NCBI GenBank assembly: GCA_000002445.1
Contig: AL929603.2
Span: forward strand, 288,001-352,000
Reading direction: 5' to 3'
DNA from: Trypanosoma brucei
Taxonomy: Eukaryota
Length of the DNA stretch: 64,000 bases
Below the pieces are notes generated by a model. That model saw nothing but the letters and a program-made list of their open reading frames with translations. It was not told where the DNA came from and ran no database searches. Positions 31,653 through 42,288 of the stretch are shown here, piece after piece (the first letter of the stretch is position 1; the number at the start of each line of letters is the position of its first letter). Position numbers and translations under genes: made by a program.

Positions 31653-33248
31653 ATGAGGCCACTGAGGTGTAGTTTTGGTCGCAGGCACCGCGTGACGAGC
31701 GCGGCATTTGGCGTTTCCCAGTTTCCTTCTAGCAGTAGCACCTTCTCAGCATCGTGCCGGTGGGTGGTGATACCACCAGTGGAACCCATAACTAGCGCAT
31801 CCGCATCCGCGTCCTCTTCCTCTTCCTCCTCGCGCAAAGGTGAGTGCCGCACATCGTATCGTTTCGCAGTTAAGGATGAAGAGCGAGGGCTATACGATCA
31901 TGGCGTTACACCCGATGCTCGAACTCTTGCTGCGGAGGCTGAAGCGCAATATCGTGCCAGCTCCGAGTTCCTTCACGCACCTGCCGGTGGTTTACCCGCC
32001 CCGGAACTACACATGGAGGTGGACGGCACATCGGTTTCCTGCATTGCAGCACCATTTGGAGAAGAGTACGTTCCATCAAGTAAGGAACGCTTTGCGCACC
32101 GTGGACACGTGGGGGACCTGAGCAGGCAACGTACTTCGGACCGAAAGTACCTTTTGGATGCCCGGTCGCACCTGAATATCCGTAAGGAGCGGCAACTAAG
32201 TGAATTACTGTCCGCCCCCATGCCACTTTTGCAGAAATCAAATGAAATCCAGCAGATGCTTCTGTCGGATTTCTACCCTCAAAATCTTGTTGTGTCATCT
32301 CGCAACGTAGAGGCCGTCATTGCCCTATGGGCGCAGTGTAGCCTTGAACAGTGCATCGCTGGGCTCAACAGTCAACGACCAGAGAATCTTTTAGCCCCGT
32401 CAGCTGACACAACTTGTCATGAAGTGGACGCAGTGGATAGTGTGCCGTTTCTCAACCATATGAAGCGATTGTATTTTCATTCCAGACAAACCCACGTGGC
32501 ACCAACTCCCCTTGTTCTGGAGTATGTGATGACAGCATTAGGCAACGTGACCACTGCAGACAGTCGCGTTTTTCACCTAGCCAACCGGCTCCTGTTGGAT
32601 GCGGACAAGTACGTTATATTACCGACGCGTACCACCTACGCCGCGTTCTTCACTATATGCTCGCTCCATAACGCAATGCCGTTTGCGCTTTCCCGCTTCA
32701 AGGATGCGGTTGTTAATCTCCACGTAGCTGTTGACGCTACTATGGCGTCGGCAATACTTGAGGGGTTGGTACAAAATGGCTTGGTGGAGGAAGCAGTGCT
32801 CTTATTAGCTCGGCTTCAACACGTTCCGATGGACGTACAACTGTTAAACACGGCACTCGAAGTGCTTTTGCTGTCAAAACAGCCACAATCCTGCTTTTCT
32901 GCGTTTGAAGCTGTTAGACACTCTGGGGTAGAGCCCACAGCAGACACTTATACTCTGCTTTTGCTAGCGTGCGAGCGCTCCGGCCTCTGGGGGAATACAA
33001 CCGCAATTCTTGCTGACATGCAAATGCGTCGCGTAAAGGGGGATGGGAGGACACTGAACCTGCTACTCAAGGGCCTTCTCACCGAACGCCTCCATGGTTA
33101 TTCGAGGCAGTTATATGAGACGATGGTAAACAAAAATGTGGAGGTATGGCCAGCGTTGGAGTCTCACATGAAGTCACGAACAGCTGGGGGCGAACAATTA
33201 AAACGTGGTTCAACTATTAAAACCTCGAAGTCAAGTCAGCCGTCGTAG
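31653..33248 (+). CDS. pentatricopeptide-repeat (PPR) protein, probable mitochondrial RNA-binding
   Basis: Track ORF starts at GTG 31638; first ATG is 31653. The C-terminal half has tandem 35-aa PPR-like units (e.g. TYTLLLLACERSGLWGNTTAILADMQMRRVKGDGR; LNTALEVLLLSKQPQSCFSAFEAVRHSGVEPTAD). Confidence 0.45.
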   Translation: MRPLRCSFGRRHRVTSAAFGVSQFPSSSSTFSASCRWVVIPPVEPITSASASASSSSSSSRKGECRTSYRFAVKDEERGLYDHGVTPDARTLAAEAEAQYRASSEFLHAPAGGLPAPELHMEVDGTSVSCIAAPFGEEYVPSSKERFAHRGHVGDLSRQRTSDRKYLLDARSHLNIRKERQLSELLSAPMPLLQKSNEIQQMLLSDFYPQNLVVSSRNVEAVIALWAQCSLEQCIAGLNSQRPENLLAPSADTTCHEVDAVDSVPFLNHMKRLYFHSRQTHVAPTPLVLEYVMTALGNVTTADSRVFHLANRLLLDADKYVILPTRTTYAAFFTICSLHNAMPFALSRFKDAVVNLHVAVDATMASAILEGLVQNGLVEEAVLLLARLQHVPMDVQLLNTALEVLLLSKQPQSCFSAFEAVRHSGVEPTADTYTLLLLACERSGLWGNTTAILADMQMRRVKGDGRTLNLLLKGLLTERLHGYSRQLYETMVNKNVEVWPALESHMKSRTAGGEQLKRGSTIKTSKSSQPS

Positions 33249-33624
33249 CGTCATGGTTACGTTGTGGAGTTGTCTACGTTGGTTGGTGTACGTGTGTCTG
33301 TGTTTGTGTTAGTAACATGCAAAAGGACGTAGTTCCCTCATCCAACCGTCATGCTGGTGAAACTGGGCGGTTGTTTGGGTTTGTTAAATGAGACAGTTAA
33401 TCCCCTTAAAGTACTGTTGCGTTGCTGATTCCATCTATCGTGTGTGTTTTGTTTCCTTGTGTTTTAGTCCATCTCCTAATTTTCATTGTTCTCCCCTGTT
33501 CCCCCCGTTTTTTCTCCTTCTTGCTACCAAATACCGTGTGCGCGTTTGCTCCCGACATGGCTTTCATTTTTGGGTTGTCTTCAACCGAAGGAGGACTAGT
33601 ATATTCGACCCTCAAGCGCGCAGC

Positions 33625-33873
33625 ATGCTTTCGTATACAGTGAAGGAGGAAGTAAAGGATGAAAAGCTCCCCGGAGCTAACAACTTCGCTGACGTCGGAG
33701 GATCATTGGAGGATGAGGAACCCATGACGCTGTACACGTGCGCGAATTGCACGCGCGTTGTAGCATTATGCCCGTCCTCCCAACTCATGTGTACGCATTG
33801 CGTTCATCGTACGGGTTCCTCTACAGTGTTCTACAAGGTTCGCCAGCAACCCACAACATATGACACTATTTGA
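33625..33873 (+). CDS. Rpb12/RPABC4-like zinc-ribbon protein (RNA polymerase common subunit candidate)
   Basis: Track ORF (from 33388) translates a polyY tract N-terminally; the credible start is ATG 33625. YTCANCTRVVALCPSSQLMCTHCVHRTGSSTVFYKVRQ follows the Rpb12 pattern YICGEC...IRCRECGYRIMYKKR (CxxC...CxxC then Y-K-x-R). Confidence 0.35.
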   Translation: MLSYTVKEEVKDEKLPGANNFADVGGSLEDEEPMTLYTCANCTRVVALCPSSQLMCTHCVHRTGSSTVFYKVRQQPTTYDTI

Positions 33874-34219
33874 TAACACAAAGCCATTTAGGAGATGGTG
33901 CCCTTCCGGCTGACGCCTACATTGCCTCGGTTGTGGCGGCCCCCTGTTGTGCGAGTACGGAAGAGGTGACTGAATTGATTCTCTTTCGCGCACTCCTCCG
34001 CGACGAACGCCATCAGTTGCGCACATACACACACACATACACAATTCTCTATGCCAAATTTCTGTCTGTGTGTACTGATTCTTTTGTTGAATATGTCAGT
34101 AAATTTTTACTATTTTGTTTCTTTCTCAGCCACGTTTATGTCCGTGCCCCTTTATTTTATTTATTTTATACTCCATGCATTCCAGCGTTTGCCCTCACAA
34201 TAGTTTCACCGTTGCAACT

Positions 34220-34444
34220 ATGATGAACAGGCCGCCGCCCCAGCAGGCGATGCGGTCAGCAGCAACCAAAGATGTTGTGCCCCAACCCCAGTGCGTCTGC
34301 GCAAGTTGCTTCTCACCGCTTCCGTTACCTCGTCCCGACGCAACAGGAACACCGTTTCAATGCCCCCAATGCCGAATGGCTGGTATAGATATGAAAGTGC
34401 TTTACACCCGTCGTGCGTTCCCAACAGAGCATAGTACAAACTGA
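34220..34444 (+). CDS. small Cys-cluster (zinc-ribbon-like) hypothetical protein
   Basis: Track ORF starts at TTG 34115; first ATG is 34220 after a polyY tract (34130-34215). 74 aa with CVCASC ... FQCPQCRMAGIDMKVLYTRR. Confidence 0.25.
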   Translation: MMNRPPPQQAMRSAATKDVVPQPQCVCASCFSPLPLPRPDATGTPFQCPQCRMAGIDMKVLYTRRAFPTEHSTN

Positions 34445-35196
34445 AGGGCGGGTGTTAAGCCCCATTCTGGGATGTTATTTTTTCTTGTACCACATTTACG
34501 GTAAGGGTGCAAGAGTGGGAGCTGACAGAGGGCAGTGGATTACGGTTCGAGGGAGGGGAAAGTATATGAAAGTTGGGTGTGCTCTCGCTTTTGTAGGCAT
34601 GTATGTTTTACTCATACTGGAAACGTATCCGTCCCCGAGCTATTCTTTTTTGGCTTCCGCATCTTTAGCAACCCGTGTGCTCAAGGAGGGCGATGAGAGG
34701 TGCTCATATCTTCAACAGTTTTACCTTGTGTCCGTGGTGGCTTATCGTGCCAAATTCATTTTCTTGCATTCCTTATCTGGAGCGCTCAGCAGCCCGTCTG
34801 TACGTGATCTGGGCACACTCCTGTTTATTCTTGTGTTATCGTGTGAAGTCAGAGATAGATTGCAAAGCACTACAGCCTGTTAAGCGACAAAACGGGGTGT
34901 GTTACCGGTTTCTTCTTCTTACTACTAAAACATATTTTTCCTTTTTAAAATTTTCAAGTATTAACCGAAAGTCAGTTGGGTGTGGGCCGTTAGGGTGTGC
35001 CTCTGTAAATTTGTTTATAGTTCAGCGGAGGAGGTCTCTCCACGCACAAACCAGTGCGTGTTTAGGAGGTGGTGGTGGGAGGTTGAGGGATTTTTGTGTG
35101 TTGCCACTACGCAAACACAAGCGGCCAAATAAGGTGTAAATTCGGTTGCCGTCCTCGTTAGCGTACGTCTTGTGTTGACATTGAGGTCGCAGCACC

Positions 35197-36486
35197 ATGT
35201 TCGTGCGGTCTTTCTGTTTCCTGCGTAAATATGGCAGCAAGTCAAAGACACCGGACCTCAAGACAAGTTTCACCAAAACCACTAACTTCCGAAAGGCGGA
35301 GAAAATTAGTATCACCACAACAGATGGGGAAATAGTAAAGGGCCGCGGTAAGATACGGCGGCGCACCCACAGCGCACTAAAAGAAGCCATTGGGGCCATG
35401 GAGCACCCCGCGATTTGGCTCTGGTACCCGTGGCGTATGAATCCTGAACCCCCGACACCGCACATGCCCCAACGCCGTGCCCTGAAAAACGTTCATGGCG
35501 CGGTATTTAACGATCTAACACCCGTACAGAAGAAACGGCAGGAGCAGATGTTGTATGGCGTTAACATACCGGAGACGCGACAAATGAAGTTTGAGGAGCA
35601 ACATCCGCTGCTTGCTGGAGCGCTGCGGAAGCTTGAGGGTCAGCCGAAGGGTTTCCCGTTTTGGTACAGAAAGTATCCGACACGTCGTCACGCCTACGAG
35701 TACCGTTTTAGCATTCCTGTGGAGATGTTAGACGGGTACAACGATGACGTAAAAAAGGCTCTCTCAAAAGGTATGATGTCGATTCAGGAAAAACAGTTCG
35801 CTCAAGAAGCCATGTACATGGAGCGTTACGCCGAACACGACTTCGATACCACAAGCCCGGCGGTGCTAGCGGTTAAACGCGCGCTTAAGTGCCGTGTGCT
35901 ACGAAACCACCTTCTGACCAATCCGCACAATAACATTATCAAGACAGTGTTGGCGAACACGGAGCGGAAACTTAACCACGCCCTGCGCAGACTGCGTAAG
36001 GTAGATTTTAAGAAGTACTGGGAAATCATTCGTGACCACGATGTGCAGGATATACTTCAGCCTCCCAACCTCGTCACATACCGTCAGGGATCGTACTGGA
36101 AATATGACTGGAATGCAGGCTTGGCAATATCAACAAATCTTGCGGATGTGATGGATCCTCGTGGTTTAAATGGTTGCGTTGAAACGGGCCGATCCCGCTC
36201 GGAGGTCGCGCGTGATCTCGGCCTCTCATATACTCGGCCTCTGCATGAGAATGAGAAGAAACAGTTGTCTCACCAAGCCGTCTACTATGAGCGGCTGGCT
36301 AAATTTAAAATGGAGCAACCCGAAGCGGCACGGGCGATGGAGCGTGAGCGGTTCGTGCGGAAATTCTCCGGCATGTTTGTGAAGATGGACATTCGTTCGG
36401 GAGCACCAGACTTCCCAAGCACATATCGTAGGTTACTTGGAACAAAGGTGGTGCGATGGGCGTCTAAGCGACACGGCCCCAATTAG
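35197..36486 (+). CDS. mitochondrial ribosomal protein uS15m-like
   Basis: ATG at 35197. FDTTSPAVLAVKRALKCRVLRNHLLTNPHNNIIKTVLANTERKLNHALRRLRKVDFKKYWEIIRDHDV parallels bacterial S15 [68 protein letters not shown]. The rest is a long extension, as is usual for kinetoplastid mitoribosomal proteins. Confidence 0.45.
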   Translation: MFVRSFCFLRKYGSKSKTPDLKTSFTKTTNFRKAEKISITTTDGEIVKGRGKIRRRTHSALKEAIGAMEHPAIWLWYPWRMNPEPPTPHMPQRRALKNVHGAVFNDLTPVQKKRQEQMLYGVNIPETRQMKFEEQHPLLAGALRKLEGQPKGFPFWYRKYPTRRHAYEYRFSIPVEMLDGYNDDVKKALSKGMMSIQEKQFAQEAMYMERYAEHDFDTTSPAVLAVKRALKCRVLRNHLLTNPHNNIIKTVLANTERKLNHALRRLRKVDFKKYWEIIRDHDVQDILQPPNLVTYRQGSYWKYDWNAGLAISTNLADVMDPRGLNGCVETGRSRSEVARDLGLSYTRPLHENEKKQLSHQAVYYERLAKFKMEQPEAARAMERERFVRKFSGMFVKMDIRSGAPDFPSTYRRLLGTKVVRWASKRHGPN

Positions 36487-37553
36487 TCGCACACACACGC
36501 GTACGTTTCGGCTTAAGTGTTGGATAAGGCATTTTAACTCAATCATGTTTGTTCGCCTTCTATTGGTGGTGCGTGGACATGCGTTTGTCATAGACCAACA
36601 CAGTGGTTTTGGCTGAGGCATATTGTTTTCTCCGTCTTGAACCTTTGTCTGCTTGGGCTTGAGTTCTAATCACTTCGCTTTTTTTTTTACATTTATAATT
36701 TTGTAGCGTTTCTCTTTTAAAATATGAGACTTCTTTGTTACCACTCTTTGTGCAGCATCGATGGTTCCTAAACAAACAACAACGTTACGGGTACGACATA
36801 GCAGTTTTTTTTCTTTATTGATGATTATCTTCTCGCTAATGGTGGTGAAAATAAAAAGGAATGCGAAGGTTTAGATTGGCTCTACTGTGTTTGATGCATA
36901 TGCGGCAGTAAATGGCGTGGTCGTGGAAGTGGATATATATTTGAGGCTGCGATTTCGTTTTGCAACGATGGCAACATTAATTGGGTATATTTGATGAGGT
37001 GAGCCAAACTGCCCGCGCAACCGTCATTTTGCCGTAATGCTGTGAAAGTTGTGCGTTTTCATTGGTTGTTTTACCCATTGTGTGTAATACGGAGGAAAGG
37101 GAAATTGAGTAGGTGGTTGTGCAGTGGTAATATTGAGTGTATGTTATTTGATGTTGATTGTGATCGTCGCGGGCATACGTCGGATGCTAAGTTGCGTTTA
37201 TTCACCTGTTGAAATCCCATAATTCCAGCTGACAGGCTCTGTTGAAACATATTAATAATGCTTGCTTATTTTCCACTCTTATACTGTCTTTTTTTTTTTA
37301 CATTTTGTGCTGTACTTCATTTGTTGGTGAAATTTACCGTCTATATTTTCAAAAAAAAGAAGGGGAGAAAAGGGGAGATCATTGGGTCGCTGGTTTATTA
37401 CTGTCTGCGACCATTTCGCACATCCGTATCCACGGTATTGTCAACCCCTCCCGCTTCGGTGATTTTATTATAGTTACTCCATTTTTATCGTCACTGAAGC
37501 TCCTTCTGTTTTTAACATATATAAACGGGGCGAGTTCGTGTTCGTATTAAACG

Positions 37554-37988
37554 ATGGGTTACACACGGGAGCGTACTAATCGCCATTTTTTTGTAGCGCG
37601 GGCCAACGCCTTCTTTTCACGGCTTCCCATCGCCCGCGTCCAACGTTCCCTTGCGATGGAGGCCGTACGTGAAGGGCGTATGCGACCGTGGAAATATACG
37701 AAGGAACAAATATTGGGTGCACCAGTGACATGCAATTTTGAGTATAACCCGCGTCCAGTGCGGCTTATCGGAACGGTGATGGACGCCCACACGGAGGAGA
37801 CGAGTATTAAAGGCGGCTTGAAGGTGTACGCACGAAATGAGGAAACGAACATGATGTTGTGGATACCACCTGGGAATCCTAAGCTACGTCATGAGGTGAC
37901 ATCTACAAAAGGAAGCTTTCAGCATTACCTCGATGAACGTGATAAGTGGGATGAGGCGTGGATTACGGGGCGTGCAAGAATGAAGTAA
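37554..37988 (+). CDS. hypothetical protein (basic, 144 aa)
   Basis: ATG at 37554 downstream of a polyY tract (37250-37340). Non-repetitive, no homolog recognised. Confidence 0.35.
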   Translation: MGYTRERTNRHFFVARANAFFSRLPIARVQRSLAMEAVREGRMRPWKYTKEQILGAPVTCNFEYNPRPVRLIGTVMDAHTEETSIKGGLKVYARNEETNMMLWIPPGNPKLRHEVTSTKGSFQHYLDERDKWDEAWITGRARMK

Positions 37989-38430
37989 ATGTATGAGGTG
38001 GCGTCCATGTGTTGTTTTATCCTTCACACGTTACAGTTTTTGACATGTCGTTTGGGTGGCGTGGGCGGGAGGCCCCAGTTACTTTTTTTTTTTTGCATGT
38101 TTGGTTCGTTGGTACCTTTTGTTGTTTGTTTGCCAGCTTATGGTGCAATTACATCAGTTGTGTCACTGAAAAAAAAAAGGTGTGATACGGCTGCTGCTGC
38201 TGCTGCACTTTTGCCTTTTTGGTGGACGTTTGTTTCCCTCCTCCTTGCACATGGTTTGTGATACTTCACCCGAACGGTGCGTCTACGCGATTAACCCCGG
38301 TCCATTTAAAGCAGCGTGAGGAAGTGTATGCGAGACGTAAAAGCTTGAAGTATAACCGAAAAGTGTATTTAAAATAAACAAAAAAAAATATAATAAGACC
38401 GGTTATCGGTTATTCCCCTTTTGCTTTTTT

Positions 38431-38458
38431 TTGGGGGGGGAGGGGGGAGAGGGGGAGT
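38431..38458 (+). other. G-quadruplex-forming G-run cluster (intergenic)
   Basis: tttggggggggaggggggagagggggag: four or more G3+ runs within 28 nt on the + strand. Confidence 0.5.
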
Positions 38459-38711
38459 AACTATTAAACTTTTTGTTTACTTCCCCTTTTCTATTGCCTT
38501 GGAAGGACAGACTGTAGAGCGCGTTTGAGGGGGGTGGTCGAAACCGACTTGAGGTCGACGGGCTGGAGTCACTGTTATTAATTCCCCAGCGCTGAGTGTA
38601 CAGGGGCATTCACACGCGTCTGTAGCAATACATATCCAGATAAACGGGAATAAATACAATAAATAAGTATACATAATACTGTATTGAGAAGTTAGTCACC
38701 ATTTTGACAAG

Positions 38712-39395
38712 ATGCCGGCCACTGAGATGCAACAGATGGAAATGGATATGGTGCAAGGCATGTATGATTCCTTCACTCTTTGCAGTGAAGACCCTCCAAC
38801 ATATTCGGTCGTTCTCTCAGCTACGGAAGATGAGCCGCCGGAGTTACGCGTCACTGTTGTATACGAGTCTGATGACTATCCCGAAACAATGGCACCGACT
38901 GTACGGCTGGAACATTTCGCCAAAAATCGTCGTATGCCCACTGCTCCACTTTTAAAGGAAATAATGGAACTCTGTGAAGAGCAGATAGGTATGCATAGTA
39001 TTATCTCTGTACTTCAAAAAGCCCAAGAGTATTTGACAGAGTTTGCAGAGGGAGATGAAAAGGCAGAGTTGCAAAAAAGGGGCGAGGCGCTTGGAAACGC
39101 AGCCGGTACCGCGGTTGTTCAGGACCCGACCATTCGAATTGGTAACGCCGTTACACGCGAGCTCTTCGAGGAATGGAGTCAAAAACGCAGAGCCGAGAGA
39201 TTGCGGGAGCGTGAAGCTAATGAAAAGAAAGTTAGTGGAAAGCTGACAGGTAGACAGTTGTGGGATGCGGCGCTTAGGAACACGGAGTGGGACCTGTTTT
39301 GTGGCTCGGATACCGAACAAGATGTTGATTTGGACGCTTTTGAACCGGTAGATGAAGACGACTTGGACGAGCAGGAGTTTGATTTGGATGAATGA
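38712..39395 (+). CDS. RWD-domain protein, RWDD1/DFRP2-like (DRG GTPase partner)
   Basis: ATG at 38712. EMDMVQGMYDSFTLCSEDPPTYSVVLSATE ~ RWDD1 ELEALESIYPDSFTVLSENPPSFTITVTSE. KLTGRQLWDAALRNTEWDLF ~ KLSGKQLFETDHNLDTSDIQF. There is an acidic DEDDLDEQEFDLDE C-terminal tail. Confidence 0.65.
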   Translation: MPATEMQQMEMDMVQGMYDSFTLCSEDPPTYSVVLSATEDEPPELRVTVVYESDDYPETMAPTVRLEHFAKNRRMPTAPLLKEIMELCEEQIGMHSIISVLQKAQEYLTEFAEGDEKAELQKRGEALGNAAGTAVVQDPTIRIGNAVTRELFEEWSQKRRAERLREREANEKKVSGKLTGRQLWDAALRNTEWDLFCGSDTEQDVDLDAFEPVDEDDLDEQEFDLDE

Positions 39396-39540
39396 GATTG
39401 CAGGAGGGAGGGCGAGTTTGTGGTGCAGGTAAATACTGGTGGGGAGATGAGAATAATGATCATATCCGCGTGGTTACATTTTTAAAAATTTAGAAACTTA
39501 ATTCCTGAATGGGCTTCTGAAATGAACATGCTGTGAGCAT

Positions 39541-39650
39541 GTTTTTTTTTTTTTGCTCAGTCTAAGTGATCTCATTTAGTCCTTTTTTAAAAAATTTTTA
39601 CTTCTGTTTTTGTTTTGCGTGATAGCCGTATTTTCATCCTTGCTTTGCGG
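39541..39650 (+). promoter_or_regulatory. polypyrimidine tract / putative trans-splice acceptor region upstream of DnaJ gene
   Basis: g(t)14gctcag...cttctgtttttgttttgcgtgatag, followed by ATG 39663. Confidence 0.45.
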
Positions 39651-39662
39651 TGGGAGCCGTTT

Positions 39663-41105
39663 ATGCGAGGCATTACATTGGCGCTGGCGCCACCATCTCT
39701 TTTATTTGTCCCGAAAATTCAGCGGCGGTGCTTCAACGTCATACAACGTGGTAACGATCGCGAGGTGGATTCGCTTTTTGCACTGCTGGGCTTTGCTGGT
39801 GACAATGAGGCGCATCGCATACGCCGGACCCGTGCGGAACTGCGGCAGGGGTTTATGCGTGAAGCAATGAAGCTGAAAGACCCTCAAAATGACAAGAGCG
39901 ACGCAGCCAAACTGGAAAAACTTAGAGAGGCGTATCAGTTGCTTTCCAATGATCGCTTTCGTGTGCAATACGCTGCGCATCACTACGCCTCTCCAGATGC
40001 CTCACTTCATCTTCTTGTGGACGGCGGCCAGGTTGCCGCTAACTTTAACCCTGAACATCAGTCGTTTAACTTTGTTGATCACGCCATCTCAAGAGCCGCT
40101 ATGAGCCCCTCTTCCCGGTCATCGTCGGATAAACAGCGATCCTTCAGTGACTTTACTGGTCAGTATAATTCAGTGATAGGTAACACCGGTTGCTCAACCG
40201 ACGCTCGTCCATATAACGCTCCTGAAGCCCGAGCCGCCATAAATGGTGCGGGTATTAATTTTATGTTGCGCATCTCATTCGATGAAAGTGTTCTCGGCTG
40301 TACCAAGACGGCTGTCTATGAAAAAAATGTTTCATGCCAGCGGTGTAGTGGTAATGGGCGAATGGTGCTCAAACGCCCTCGGAAATGCCCACAGTGTCGT
40401 GGTCGCGGCTCCACGCACCTTCCAAGCGCCACGTATCATATTGAGCGCTCATGCACGTATTGTAATGGCGACGGAGTGACACCTCCTCCGAAGTGTAGCG
40501 GGTGCCGAGGAGCCGGTGTTGTGCCCGGGCACACGGTTCAGGTTCCAGTTGATATCCGCCCCGGAACCACAAATATGACAGCGTGTCGCCTTCGTGGTAT
40601 GGGACATGATGGTGTGCGTGGCGGTGTGGCAGGTGATCTTATTGTGACTGTGTTAGTTCAGGAACACCGCGTCTTTCACCGTGATGGTCTAGACCTACAC
40701 ATGGTGCTGCCCATTACTTTATCTACGGCATTATTGGGTGGTATGGTGTCTGTGCCTCTGCTTCACGGGCCTTTTTGCACACGGGTGCCACCATGTGTAA
40801 GAAATGGGCAACAAATAAGGCTTAGTGGAAGGGGTGTTACACTCGACGGTAGCGGAGTCCTCACCAATGCTGAAGAGGGGATTGATACGGACAGTTCAGC
40901 TTCTAAACAGGAGCAACAGCAACGTGGTGATCTCTACATACATTTACTTGTCGTTATTCCTAAGGGTGAGGAATTAACTGGGGCGCAGAGGAGCGCTCTC
41001 GAACAATTTGTTGTTGAACAGGATGGCAATGGTGCTGAAGGTGTGGATGATATCACACCAACTGCCCTGAAGAGGCGGTTTCGGCACTGGCTGCCGGGTA
41101 CGTAA
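39663..41105 (+). CDS. type-I DnaJ/Hsp40 family protein with degenerate J-domain (HPD replaced by KDP)
   Basis: Track ORF starts at 39615; the likely start is ATG 39663 after a polyY tract (39541-39650). J-domain-like helices (LFALLGFAGDNEAH...REAMKLKDPQNDKSDAAKLEKLREAYQLLSNDRFRVQY). Four CxxCxGxG zinc-finger repeats (CQRCSGNG, CPQCRGRG, CTYCNGDG, CSGCRGAG). DnaJ C-terminal beta domains are present. Confidence 0.7.
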   Translation: MRGITLALAPPSLLFVPKIQRRCFNVIQRGNDREVDSLFALLGFAGDNEAHRIRRTRAELRQGFMREAMKLKDPQNDKSDAAKLEKLREAYQLLSNDRFRVQYAAHHYASPDASLHLLVDGGQVAANFNPEHQSFNFVDHAISRAAMSPSSRSSSDKQRSFSDFTGQYNSVIGNTGCSTDARPYNAPEARAAINGAGINFMLRISFDESVLGCTKTAVYEKNVSCQRCSGNGRMVLKRPRKCPQCRGRGSTHLPSATYHIERSCTYCNGDGVTPPPKCSGCRGAGVVPGHTVQVPVDIRPGTTNMTACRLRGMGHDGVRGGVAGDLIVTVLVQEHRVFHRDGLDLHMVLPITLSTALLGGMVSVPLLHGPFCTRVPPCVRNGQQIRLSGRGVTLDGSGVLTNAEEGIDTDSSASKQEQQQRGDLYIHLLVVIPKGEELTGAQRSALEQFVVEQDGNGAEGVDDITPTALKRRFRHWLPGT

Positions 41106-41250
41106 GGGATGGGATTGTGGTATGGAGCAGCTGCCAATACGATTTCATATGAGATGTGCCATGGCCCTACCGTGAGCTCATAGTTGAATGCGGGTGCAGC
41201 GCCCTCATTTTATTACGCGTTCACACATATGAAAGTTCAATCGAATAACG

Positions 41251-41313
41251 GTGACAGAACACACACATATATGTATATATATATGTGTGTGTGTGTGTTT
41301 GTGTTTGTGTCTG
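41251..41313. repeat. (CA)n(TA)n(TG)n compound microsatellite
   Basis: acacacatatatgtatatatatatgtgtgtgtgtgtgtttgtgtttgtgtctg. Confidence 0.9.
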
Positions 41314-41618
41314 TTTTTTTTCTTTTTGTATAGGGTCAACATAAAATGTTTTCCCCTTTCCTTTCTCTGTGAAGTTTCTGTTCACCCCCCTCCTCTAATC
41401 CTCATCGTCTTTGTGCTTGCACTCGAAGCAGTTGCAGCTGCACGTACTTTTAGTCCTTCTTTCCCTTATTAATCTTCCCCGCTGTCTTTACCGCATTGGA
41501 TGATTGGTAGGTAATGAAAACAGAGGTAAGCTTGCAAGCGAGAAAAATACAAGATTAAAAACCTGGTATTTGGTACCACGATTGAAATTGTAGGGAGAAT
41601 AAAACAAAAAAAATAAAT

Positions 41619-41939
41619 ACATGATGTACCGGTTCTACAACGAAGACATATCATTTTGGATATGCGGAACTCAGATCTCTGTGTTGGCACAATTGTCTTT
41701 TGCTATGAGAGTGAAGGGCGCGTTGAGTGGGAAGCCATGCCGAATTTAGTGCGAGGCCATCCTAATTAAGGTACCCGAGAGCGCGGTGAGTTGTGTTACT
41801 TTCCGTATTGGAGTACAGTTGTGTATACTGTTTGATTCTATTCGCTTTGGTATCTAGCACAGCCGGTGGCTAGGACGAAAGTTGCTCGAGGAAAAGTGCT
41901 TGCTTTTACGCTGTCTTTCGTATTTGCTGCCCTTTTCTC
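41619..41939 (+). repeat. dispersed ~320-bp repeat, copy 3 (full-length unit)
   Basis: One mismatch relative to 11706-12025 (tattggGgtac vs tattggAgtac). It lies 350 nt upstream of the CTP synthase ATG. Confidence 0.9.
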
Positions 41940-42288
41940 TGGCTTTGAACTGTCAGGATTTTTTTAAAAAAAGAATGCTTCCCCCCCTTTTTTTTTTGCT
42001 ACAGAGCCAAAAAAGAAAAAAACCACAAAAAACCGCTAAAGGGGGCCAGCATCACAGCTTCGTTGTGCTGAAGGTTGTTGCGTGTTCTTTCTTTTGTCTG
42101 TATGTTTTCTTTTTCCATTCTTGCTCATAGTTCTTGCATCCCCTCTTTTTTTTTTTTTGGTTGTTGTTGCGTTGGCATCCGTTTGTTATCCTCAAAATAC
42201 TGACGCAAACACGCTGACGGCCAATAACAGACACGCCGAAACATCACTCGGTTGAGTTAAAACGGTAGACGAGGAGGGTGGGGGACGT

